Shown here in pieces: positions 9,849 to 21,400 of a stretch of DNA of 37,422 nucleotides (within the stretch, counting starts at the first letter, position 1; each line of letters starts with the position of its first letter). The translations under genes and the position numbers were made by a program. The notes beneath the pieces are model-generated. The model was not told the DNA's origin. It saw only the letters and a program-made list of their open reading frames with translations, and did not search any database. The stretch comes from Macrostomum lignano (lineage: Eukaryota): NCBI GenBank assembly GCA_002269645.1, contig NIVC01004706.1:1-37422 (forward strand), read 5' to 3'.

Positions 9849-11454
9849 TTTAAAGAAAACTGCGATGAGTGCTTGTAAATGAGTGCTAACACTGCGAATT
9901 AGTCAGGCAGCGTCAACTTGAAAATGGCTAGCAAGTGTACATGTAGATCAGGATATCAGGCGGCAGGAGCTGGCTGACTGTCAAATCCCTCCGTTTATTC
10001 TTAAAAATGACCACAAATTATCGCAATAAGCGCAATTTGTAAAACACATCAGATGTATTTTAACAACTAAGTCTATTTTTCAAATGGCGTGTTTAACAGC
10101 AAGAAAAGGCTTTTGTTTTATATTATTTGTATATTTTGTTTTAATGTTAAAAAATATTACTGTACCGTGCGAACTTTAATTTTTAATAATAGACTTGTGG
10201 AAGGTTAACACTAAAATGAGTGACAATTATCATTAAAATTAGTATTTTGACGGCCAAATATACGTTTCTTTCTGGCCATAATGTGTACTTGTTAAACCTT
10301 ACGATTGTGAAAGTGTGCAAGGACCTGCTGACCTACATTCATTTTGCGACTCGTCGAATTTTATCAAGCGGATTTATAACATTTTCTTATATTCTAAATA
10401 CAAACCGAAGCATGCTGTAGTAATTTAAAATGTAGTTGTTATTTGATACAAAAGCTAGATATAATTTAAGCTACATGTAATTGTTTGTTTTACAGCAATA
10501 AATTGCTACAATCAAATGAAAAAATACGAAAAAATCAAAGCATTAGTACGTTTTAATAAAACCTGTAAGTCAGTAAACTATATTTCCACACCGAGATCAA
10601 AGCAGAGACTTCTTAATAAGAGAAAATACTAACAGAACAGTTTCGGTATTGAAACAAGAAATAATTAGATTCTATAACAAACCGGCAACAGAAGCAACTT
10701 ACACGTTCCCATTTCACAAGTAGAAAAGTAAAGGAACAAAATTAAAACACCTGGCTTAAAGAACTTATTAGCGCATAGCAAACAGACTTACAAATTTACA
10801 AAAAAGTAATATTTCGGAAACAGCGCAACACACAAAGGAATAGCAGGCATTCGATAATACCTGCGAAATACCACCTGTTGTAATGAAAGCAGCATTGGCA
10901 AATGCGCGAACAAACTCGATGCACATATCCTATTTGGCATTTCGAATAATTGGCCAAAATAATCCGCATAAAAAACTGGCGTCGGTGCCAGACAGGCACA
11001 TTGTCACTAAATTTGTGGCTTTTTATTGAATATAACAAAGCCAAGTAATGTACGAAAAATAAGCGTTGAAAATATTCCGATTTATGATAACTTTTTCTTG
11101 GTCAAAAAATGCCGCTTCAAGAGGCTTAAACAGAGCGCGTTGAGAAAGAGCGGACAGCAGAGAAAAATATTAACCTAAGGCGTGACAGCTTTAAAAGCTC
11201 AGTAAGTACCTTCAAAAGGCGCCGCTGGTTAAAAATTTGTGGCTTTTTTGTGAAAATAGTCCGTTTAGCAAAGAAAAAATATTATATATACAAACACTTA
11301 CTGTATTACTGTCAGTAGACTTCCGATTCACAATCGAAACTATTAAACTTTTAATTATACCACATAGGCAAAAAAGATTAAAAAAATCACCAGTTCGTAC
11401 AGTTGAGATAAAATAACTGCATTAATTTAGATCTTAAGGCATCTGACAGTGTTG

Positions 11455-11952
11455 GTGGCCTAGCAACTGAGGATCTGGGAGGCTGGCCCAGCAACTGAGG
11501 ATCTGGGAGGCTGGCCCAGCAACTGAAGATCTGGGAGGCTGGCCCAGCAACTGAGGATCTGGGAGGCTGGCCCAGCAACTGAAGATCTGGGAAGCTGGCC
11601 CAGCAACTGAGGATCTGGGAGGCTGGCCCAGCAACTGAAGATCTGGGAGGCTGGCCCAGCAACTGAGGATCTGGGAGGCTGGCCCAGCAACTGAGGATCT
11701 GGGAGACTGGCCCAGCAACTGAAGATCTGGGAGGCTGGCCCAGCAACTGAAGATCTGGGAGGCTGGCCCAGCAACTGAGGATCTGGGAGACTGGCCCAGC
11801 AACTGAAGATCTGGGAGGCTGGCCCAGCAACTGAGGATCTGGGAGACTGGCCCAGCAACTGAGGATTTGGGAGGCTGGCCTGGCAACTGAGGATTTGGGA
11901 GGGCAGCGGTGGCAACTGAGGATCTGGGTGGTCCAGCAACTGAGGATCTGGA
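11455..11952. repeat. Intergenic minisatellite, 28-bp unit GCTGGCCCAGCAACTGAGGATCTGGGAG
   Basis: Tandem copies read directly. Confidence 0.96.
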
Positions 11953-12186
11953 TGAGGAGTGCCTTATCTATGATGTACAATGACTCTGCTAGACCGTCAT
12001 GAACCGAATCTGGGACGTTCGTGTAGGCTACGGAGCGATAATTCGAGAAAAATTTCTAAACTACTAAAAAACCATGAAAAACCGTGTCTCAAACATGAAA
12101 ACTTTGCGGGAGCAGAAGACACTTAAGAACACCCGAGCTAATTATGTTTAACCGTCGCAGTGAGTTAACAATTCATCAAGTGATTG

Positions 12187-12432
12187 TCAGATCTGATATC
12201 TGACCACAATTTTATGCGAGCCGAGTACTTGACCGTTGAGGCCGGCCCGGGCGGCCGCGGCAGCCTGAGGCGTGGCCATGTTCACGAAGGCGTAGCAAGA
12301 CCTGTGCACCATCTTGAGCGACAAGACTGGACCGTAGCGGCTGAAAGCTGCGCGTAGCTGAGCCTCGGTGACATCGGCTTTGACGCTGCCAACCCACAGC
12401 GACCGGCAGTTATTCGGGTTGTCCGGGGTGGC
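12187..12432 (-). CDS. Exon 8: RRM domain, ends in TGA
   Basis: CTCCGCAG|GCCACC; RNP2-like LWVGSV and RNP1-like SCYAFVNM. Confidence 0.88.
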   Translation of the reverse strand, partial: ATPDNPNNCRSLWVGSVKADVTEAQLRAAFSRYGPVLSLKMVHRSCYAFVNMATPQAAAAARAGLNGQVLGSHKIVVRYQI

Positions 12433-15400
12433 CTGCGGAGCGGACGGGAGTTTTGGTCACTTCTTTAACAAAGACGATTTCGAAGATGATTCTCTAGGGA
12501 TTTTGAAGCCGATTCTTTAGGAATTTCGACTGCGATTCTTTAGGGATTTTGGCTGCGATTCTTTAGGGATTTTGGCTGCGATTCTTTAGGGATTTTGGCT
12601 GCGATTCTTTAGGAATTTCGACTGCGATTCTTTAGGGATTTTGAAGGCGATTCTTTAGGAATTTCGACTGCGATTCTTTAGGGATTTTGAAGGCGATTCT
12701 TTAAGGAATTTCGACTGCGATTCTTTAGGGATTTTGAAGGCGATTCTTTAGGAATTTCGACTGCGATTCTTTAGGGATTTTGAAGGCGATTCTTTAAGGA
12801 ATTTCGACTGCGATTCTTTAGGGATTTCGACTGCGATTCTTTAGGTATTTTGACTGGGATTCTTTAGGGATTTTGAAGGCGATTCTTTAAGGAATTTCGA
12901 CTGCGATTCTTTAGGGATTTCGACTGCGATTCTTTAGGGATTTCGACTGCGATTCTTTAGGGATTTCGACTGCGATTCTTTAGGGATTTTCACTGCGATT
13001 CTTTAGGGATTTTCACTGCGATTCTTTAGGGATTTAACTGCGATTCTTTAGGGATTTTCACTGCGATTCTTTAGGGATTTAACTGGGATTCTTAAGGGAT
13101 TTTCACTGCGATTCTTTAGGGATTTAACTGGGATTCTTAAGGGATTTTCACTGCGATTCTTTAGGGATTTTGACTGGGATTCTTTAGGGATTTCGACTCC
13201 GATTCTTTAGAGGATTTGAGGTGAATTTATGGATTTATGGATTTTATGGACTTTAAAGGCGATTTTTGGACAATCTTAGAGGCTATTGTTGGAGACATTA
13301 GTGGGAAATTTCAGTAGGGTCAGTTGACCATCAAATTACCCCAGGCAAAGGCTTGGGTGGAGATCTCAGCAGGCAATTAGCCCGTTTAGGAGCAGCAGAC
13401 TGGTCTTCATCATCAATGCTGCAACTGCTATTAGCTGATGGTTGAGGCTGCTGACTGTTGCGAGGCCGCAGCACACCGACTGGCCGACTTGTTGAAGCGG
13501 CGGAGGCTGCAGTCTTGGCGTAGCTGCCCCGAACCGGCGGACTCAAAGGCTTCCGCTGCTCTTGCTGCTCAGGCAGGCCGGCCCCGGCAAGCAGGCGATT
13601 GGCCGCAGCTTCAATATCCCCATTGGCCAGGTCCAGAGCCCGACTGCACAGGCCGCGATCAAGGCCGAGACTCTTCTCCAGACAGGCGAGCTGCGATTCG
13701 CGCATTCGTTCCAAAGCGTCGCCGCAGCCGTCGGCGTCGAGGGCGACCACGCAGGAGAAGCTGTTTGCCGCTTCGGCGTGCAGGCCGAGGTCAGCCTGGG
13801 CCTGGCCCAGAATGTAAAATCCTTTGACGTACTGCGGGCTGAGCTGCACGGACTGCTTGGCATCGGAGGCGCAGAGGTCCAGCTGGCCGAGCCGGTAGTA
13901 GCAGGCCGCCCGGCTGCCGTAATACCGACAGTCGGTGGGGTCCAGCCTGATAGCGGCCGCGAACTCGACGGCGGCGGCGGAGAAATCCTCCAACGGCGTC
14001 GACATCAATCGGTTGCCCTCTTTGGCGCGCTGCCTGGCCTCGAGCTTCGGATCGGTTGAGTAGCTGGGCGAAGGCTCCGGGATGTTCAGCTGCATCAACG
14101 GCTGCGGCGCTGGGGCTGGCGGCTGCTGGCGCGGCGGCGGTTGAGGTGGCTGCTGGCGCGGCGGCGGTTGAGGCGGCTGCTGGCGCGGTGGCGGTTGAGG
14201 CGGCTGCTGACGGGGAGTCGGCCGAGGCGGCGAAGGCTGTTGAGTTGGCGCTTGTTGCTGCTTCTGCGATGGCTTCTGCTGCTGCTGTGGCAGCTGGTTT
14301 TTCGAGACACGTCTGGCTACGAAGGCGGAGGCTTCGTCGAACTCCTCCTGTGACAGATTAGAGGAACCAGCGGTTTATTAAACTGCCTCAGAAAGAGATG
14401 CACCATTTGAATTCGGTGCAGAATGCTTAACTTAAGTCAGCTCAGCTGAGGTCAGTGCCCCCTCCCAGCCAGTCACTCAGCTGAGGTCAGTGCCCCCTCC
14501 CAGCCAGTCACTCAGCTGAGGTCAGTGCCCCCTCCCAGCCAGTCACTCAGCTGAGGTCAGTGCCCCCTCCCAGCCAGTCACTCAGCTGAGGTCAGTGCCC
14601 CCTCCCAGCCAGTCACTCAGCTGAGGTCAGTGCCCCCTCCCAGCCAGTCACTCAGCTGAGGTCAGTGCCCCCTCCCAGCCAGTCACTCAGCTGAGGTCAG
14701 TGCCCCCTCCCAGCCAGTCACTCAGCTGCGGTCAGTGCAGTGGTGGGAGTGAGGCGCGAATTTCGGGATTAATGGCACGAATTTCGGGATTAATGGCGCG
14801 AATGCGCGATTTCTGAGGCGAGGCGCGATTTTTTTTATGCTCAATGCGCGAAAAATGTTAGCTGATTTTGCTTTACTTTGCCAGTGACTGCCACACCCCC
14901 AGTGTCTCCTACAGCTGTACTTTCACTTGTAAACTTATTGTTGTTTAAATAAACTTGTGTTATGCTGAAGAATTTTGTAGTTTTATCAGACATTTAAGTG
15001 TCTTAGTTTTATTTAGCATTTTTAGAAATAGAACCGAAACTTATTCTTATTCTATTCTTGGAAATCAGTAATCCGTTGTGACTAAAAATTGAATACCAAG
15101 TTAAGACAACACTCATAGACTAATAGTTTTCACTACAGCATCTCTTCCATTTTCTCCTTCCAGCGCTACTGACAATTGTTATTAAAATTAAGCATGGCGA
15201 AGCGTGTTCAATGGAACAACGATTGGTTAAATAAGCTCGACTATAATGGTGACGTCATTGGTCTTTGGGCACGTAAGCGAGACGACTTTAAAGCAGATTG
15301 TGCCTGGTGTAATGTCGATTTTGTTTTTCGAAGTGGCATTACAAACTTTAAGAGCCACTCGCAGGCAGTAAGTCATCGCGAAATTTCGAAGGCCCGTCGG

Positions 15401-18400
15401 AGCAGCAGCTCCCTCAAGATGTTGATGGCAGGGGCATCCGCAGGCCAGGCTGATCAGAGTATTGACGGGTCTTGCGAGCCAAACGACTTAAGTCACTCTG
15501 CGAAAGTCTCGGAAATTCGTTTTATCACAAGGATTATTATTAAAAATCGTAGCTTTGAGTCTGAGGATGACGCCGTTGAGGACTTACGTGCGATTTGTCC
15601 CGACTCCAAGTTTCCGACTGCAATGCAGCTTCATCGATCGAAGATTTCTTACCTCGTGTCTCACGGCCTCTTTCCCTACCTGAAAGAGGTTATTCTGGCC
15701 GATGTTTGCAGCAACAGCAAGTCACCAGACTCAGGCTTTTTTTCAGTGCAAATTGATGAAGCCAATAAGAATGGAAAGTTTCTCGGCATCCTTCTGCGAT
15801 ATCTTTCAGAAAATAGTACCGAAAAAACCATGAAGGCCAAATCAGTCTGCATAGATTTGCCTATGCTGTCTTCTACAACTGCCGCAGCTATTTCTGCTTC
15901 TGTTTTGCAGACGATTTCGGAGTGCAACCTCGACAAGTCAAAGTGTGTCGGAGTGATGTCGGACAGCTGCAACACCATGCGGGGCTCCAAGAGCGGAGTA
16001 GTAGTTCGACTTTGGGATGACCTTCGAAATATCATTGATGTAGGCGGCTGCAGCCTTCATCACATCCACAACGCCGCGAAGTACGCTTGCGACGCTTCGG
16101 ACTTAGGTCTCAGCGTAGAGACACTAGTGCGCGACCTCTATTGCCACTTCAAGTTTTCGCTCGACGAAAAGGACCGCTTACATGTCATTGCAACTGAATT
16201 CGATGAAGTGCGAAAGCTGGCATTTATTCGGCCAGTTGACACCCGTTGGCTGCAGCTGTTGCCGGTAGTTGAACGAGTTTTGCGACTGTTAGAGCCTCTA
16301 AAAAGTACTTCTTCGACTCCGCGACTAAGGAGCATGGCGCAAAATTTAGCACACTCAAGGTCCAAGTTCGTGACCCCAAAGTCGAATTTTTTCTTCTATT
16401 TTTGGTCGAAGTTTTGCGTCCTCTGCAGAAGTTCGAGCTGTTGTTCCAACAAGAAGACTGCCAAATATTCCGGCTGTACGAAGTGCTAAATGACCTGACA
16501 CGCTGCTGGCTGTTGCGCTTTGTCTCGCCAGTCAAACTACCCGCCAAAGTCTGGAAGCTGGATTTAAAGGACAGTTCGATTTGGCTGCCCCATCTGCAAA
16601 TCGGCATGGGGGAGCAGGCCAGGCGTCTCTTCATTGAGATGTCTGCTAGTGACCAACAGGCCTGTCTAGCTTTGGTGAAAGCGTTCTTTGTAAAGGGAAC
16701 AGAGAAACTCTTTGAATATTTGCCGCTGAGCAGCTCCACTCTTCGTGCCTGCCAACTGCTGGATCCGAAAAAGCAGACAAACGATCGGTTTGTTCAGTGG
16801 GTTGATACCATTGCCAGGCAGCTACCGACGATCATGACAGCAAGCGAGCTCGACACGTTGCGAGTTGAGGCTCGTGCTCATCAACAAGATGTGCTGATTG
16901 CTGAGTTAGACATTGAATCCGAATCGGCTAGTAACTTCTGGGGAAAGGTCGCCGCAGTTGGCAATCGCCCACTTCTTATGCGCATAGTACGTGTGCTATT
17001 CGTCTTGCCGCACGGCAACGCGGAAGTCGAGAGAATTTTCAGCAATCTTAATGATGTCGTTACAAAGAAGCGCTCCAGTCCTGGAGCGCACACCATTAAG
17101 GCACTAGTCGTCGCGCGCTCTTGCCTTGCTGCTAAATGTTGGACAGCTGCTACGCTACCAGTCTCGCTTAGGTTGCAGAACCTGTGCAACAGCGCCTATG
17201 CTGCGTACCGCCGACGGCTGGAAGAAGAGAAGCAAGAAGAGGAGCGCAAGAAGAGGGAAGAGCTCGAGAAGAGTGTCCTCTCCGAAATTCGAAACGAGAA
17301 AAGCGTAAGCAAGACATTCACAGACTTAGAAAATTCTGTTCTGGAGACTAACGAGCAGATAAAGAAGAAGCAGAAGCAGAGGGATGACGCTCAGAAGCTG
17401 TTGCTGGAAATGACTAAGGCGAAGGAGGACCGAGATCGTGAGCTGGACGACCTGCGACACAGACAAGACAAGCTGCAGAAGAAGAAGCTGAAACAGGCCG
17501 AGAAAATCACTGAGACGGTGCTCAAGCGTCGAGCTATTGAGCAGTCATTGTCGAACCCTCTGCCAGAAAGCGTTCAACAGAAAGGCTAATGCTATGTTAG
17601 TTGCCTTTTACTTGCTTAAAATGACATCTTCCAAAGTTAGATACGCTCTCGTATAGAGCTTTCGATTTCATATATTAGATTTAGTCTAGCTTGAAATATA
17701 AAAATTGCAAGTTACGATTATTTCGAATTTAATCTTTAGCAATTCAATAACTTTCATTTAAATAATTCATTTGTAAGACCTAATAAAATGCAATACACGA
17801 GACCCACGAGTGCGAGTGGCGCACTATTGTCTACGACTACGATGTTAAATTATAGTCAAGCTGTTGCAACAACACAACAATCGTTTTTTTTCAGAGTTAC
17901 TCTTTTGAACATTATATAGTCAATGTATGGCAAAAAAAGATTGACACAAAAAAACTTGCGGCGCAAAAAAATCGTAGGCGCGAAAAAAATGGGCACTCCT
18001 CACTCCCACCACTGGTGCTTCCTCCCAGCCAGTCACTCAGCAGAGGTCAGTGCCCCCCTCCCAGCCAGTCACTCAGCTGAGGTCAGTGCCCCCTCCCAGC
18101 CAGTCACTCAGCTGAGGTCAGTGCCCCCTCCCAGCCAGTCACTCAGCTGAGGTCAGTGCCCCCTCCCAGCCAGTCACTCAGCTGAGGTCAGTGCCACCCT
18201 CCCAGCCAGTCACTCAGCTGAGGTCAGTGCCCCCCTCCCAGCCAGTCACTCAGCTGAGGTCAGTGCCCCCTCCCAGCCAGTCACTCAGCTGAGGTCAGTG
18301 CCCCCTCCCAGCCAGTCACTCAGCTGAGGTCAGTGCCCCCTCCCAGCCAGTCACTCAGCTGAGGTCAGTGCCCCCTCCCAGCCAGTCACTCAGCTGAGGT

Positions 18401-21400
18401 CAGTGCCCCCTCCCAGCCAGTCACTCAGCTGAGGTCAGTGCCCCCTCCCAGCCAGTCACTCAGCTGAGGTCAGTGCCCCCTCCCAGCCAGTCACTCAGCT
18501 GAGGTCAGTGCCCCCTCCCAGCCAGTCACTCAGCTGAGGTCAGTGCCCCCTCCAAGCCAGTCACTCAGCTGAGGTCAGTGCCCCCTCCCAGCCAGTCACT
18601 CAGCTGAGGTCAGTGCCCCCTCCCAGCCAGTCACTCAGCTGAGGTCAGTGCCCCTCCCAGCCAGTCACTCAGCTGAGGTCAGTGCCACCCTCCCAGCCAG
18701 TCACTCAGCTGAGGTCAGTGCCACCCTCCCAGCCAGTCACTCAGCTGAGGTCAGTGCTTCCTCCCAGCCAGTCACTCAGCTGCGGTCAGTGCTTCCTCCT
18801 AGCCAGTCACTCAGCTGCGGTCAGTGCTCCTCCTAGCCAGTCACTCAGCTGAGGTCAGTGCCCCCCCAGCCAGTGAGCTCAGCTGGGGTCAGTGCCCCTC
18901 CCAGCCAGTGAGCTCAGCTGGGGTCAGTGCCCCTCCCAGCCAGTGAGCTCAGCTGGGGTCAGTGCCCCTCCCAGCCAGTGAGCTCAGCTGGGTCAGTGAC
19001 CCCCCCAGCCAGTGAGCTCAGCTGGGGTCAGTGAGCCAGTGAGCTCAGCTGGGTCAGTGACCCCCCAAAATTTTCAAAAAAATCATCTGTCCAGATTTGA
19101 ACACGCGTTTTTTCTTCTGTTCTTCGCCTTGAGAACAGGTCTAGCGAATCATAACGCATAAAAACAAACCAAATAGTAAATACCGTCTTTATTACCTCTT
19201 CAATATCGCCAGTAGAACTATCTTCCCCACTAGAACCGGAGCATGCATCCTGATCCTTTGAATCGTCAGTGGCAGCCGTAGCTCCTAGCTGCTGACCACC
19301 TTCGCCAGAATCTTTCCTCCCATGCGATTTTACTGGCGCAGTGGCAGCGGCAGCAGCAGTTTTCTCCTGCTGCTGCTTTTTGGCAGCCAAGTCCGCCGCC
19401 GCCTGCTTTTTGGCAGCCAAGTCCGTCGCCGCCTGCTTTTTGGCAGCCAAGTCCGCCGCCGCCGCCTGCTGTTGCTGCTGCTCCTGCTTCTTCTTGCCAC
19501 GCCTTTGACGCTTCTTACGACGCTTCTCCTGTTTACGCTGGGCTCGACGCTTCTCCCGCTCCTCCGCTTCGATCAGCTCCTTCGCCTGCTTTTCCGCCTC
19601 CTGCGGGTCCGAGGACCGAAGAATTATGAATCAATTTGGTTGCGTCATCAGTCAGCTAAAAGTGGAATCGAACCCGCGACCAGTTTCTGTCCTCGGCTGT
19701 TCTATCGGACCACCTATTAATTAAACTATACTAAACGGAACCTTTTTCTTTGTGCAGAAATGCAAGCTTTTAGTGCCACACTCTATACTTTCTACTTATC
19801 AGTAGACGAATGAGTACAATTCCTTTAACCCACAACACTCACCTCAGGCGACAGAGTGCTGAAACGCGTAATCGGGGAGTTCTGATCCCGGTATTGCCTG
19901 CGATATTGATAGTACTCGTACCAATTGGGGTTGTCATTGAAGCTGCTGTCGCTGTCTGCGTGTTTGCGAGCGAGAATAATATTGAATTGAAGCTGACCGT
20001 ATACTAATGACGGACCTTCAGATCCTGAGGCTGCTGTCCCCAAACTCTAAGCAGACGGACCTTCAGATTCTGAGGCTGCTGTCCCCAAACTCTAAGCAGA
20101 CGGACCTTCAGATTCTGAGGCTGCTGTCCCCAAACTCTAAGCAGACGGACCTTCAGATTCTGAGGCTGTTGTCCCCAAACTCTAAGCAGACGGACCTTCA
20201 GATTCTGAGGCTGCTGTCCCCAAACTCTAAGCAGACGGACCTTCAGATTCTGAGGCTGCTGTCCTCACACCCTAAGCAGACGGACCTTCAGATTCTGAGG
20301 CTGTTGTCCCCAAATCCTAAGCAGACGGACCTTCAGTCATATCCAATAAAACTGGGTCAGACTTGAATAATCTCACAGAGAAAAGTTCGCATGGAATACA
20401 AATGCTCGCTCACCGTCAGAATAGTCCTCATCTTCGTCATCGCAATAAAAATCATCAACATCCTCCGAGTGGTTCATAAAGAAAAACAGAACTGAAACTG
20501 GAATGTGCGAAATCGATTAATTAAGCTCAAAGTTGCAGGAAAGTCTTTTTGCAACTCAAGTAAGCAATGAGATATGGCTCACAATCTGTCCTAGTCATGG
20601 CATCAATCAGTAACCAGATGAATTCCGGATTCATAAATTTATCCTTCAAACGGTCAACTTCATCGTCGGTGCTGGTCAGTTTCTTGTAGGCTAGGGAAAT
20701 TTCTTGGAACTTCTACGAGAGGAATGTTGGAGCAAGTGGATTGTGCAAATATCAAGCATTAATTTGTGGCAAAAGTAAAAGCTCAGCATGTCTGTGTCAA
20801 AATAAGTTGGATGTCAGTGGGGAAGGTGGAGTTGGATGTCAGTGGGGAAGGTGGAGTTGGATGTCAGTGGGGAAAGTGGAGTTGGATGTCAGTGGGGAAG
20901 GTGGAGTCGGATGTCAGTGGGGAAAGTGGAGTTGGATGTCAGCGGGGAAGGTGGAGTCGGATAGATGTCAATAAGGAAGGTAGTTTGATGTCAGTAGAGA
21001 TTGTAAAGTTGTATACCATTGAGGAATGTAAAGAGTTCTACCAGAAAAATTTCAGACTCATGAATTCTATTGCTAACAAACCTTAGTAGCAGCTTCTTGT
21101 TCTTCTGGCAGGCATTTGTCTGGATGATACTGCAGTGCTAGCCTGCGGTATGCAGACTTGATCTCTGTCTCAGAGGCATCTATAAATAATAAAAAAATAA
21201 TTTAATTATTAAAATTTCCAACTAACAGAGACAATTATACTTTTTTTGCAATTGACTATATTTGAGATTGATCATTATACTAAAGAAAGATAATTATATA
21301 AAAATAGATACTATGTAGTGTTTTCAGTCACACAAAGGCATTAAAATTCATAGTAGTTAAAGGAACTTTGACTTTCTGAATCTATTTTCAATGGTTGAAG

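Noticed and set aside
11387-11980. Three minus-strand ORFs of 150-197 aa
   Set aside because: Stop-free translation of the 28-bp array
13438-14361. Plus-strand ORFs of 70-165 aa
   Set aside because: Antisense shadows of the TPR exon
16298-16306. Programmed -1 ribosomal frameshift in the transposase
   Set aside because: No canonical X XXY YYZ heptamer; a homopolymer deletion is simpler
19060-19140. Extra exon after the acceptor-like GCTAG at 19141
   Set aside because: No good donor before a stop; exon 6 joins exon 7 in phase without it
19640-19735. Intact tRNA gene
   Set aside because: Only the T-arm/B-box is recognisable; no acceptor or anticodon stems
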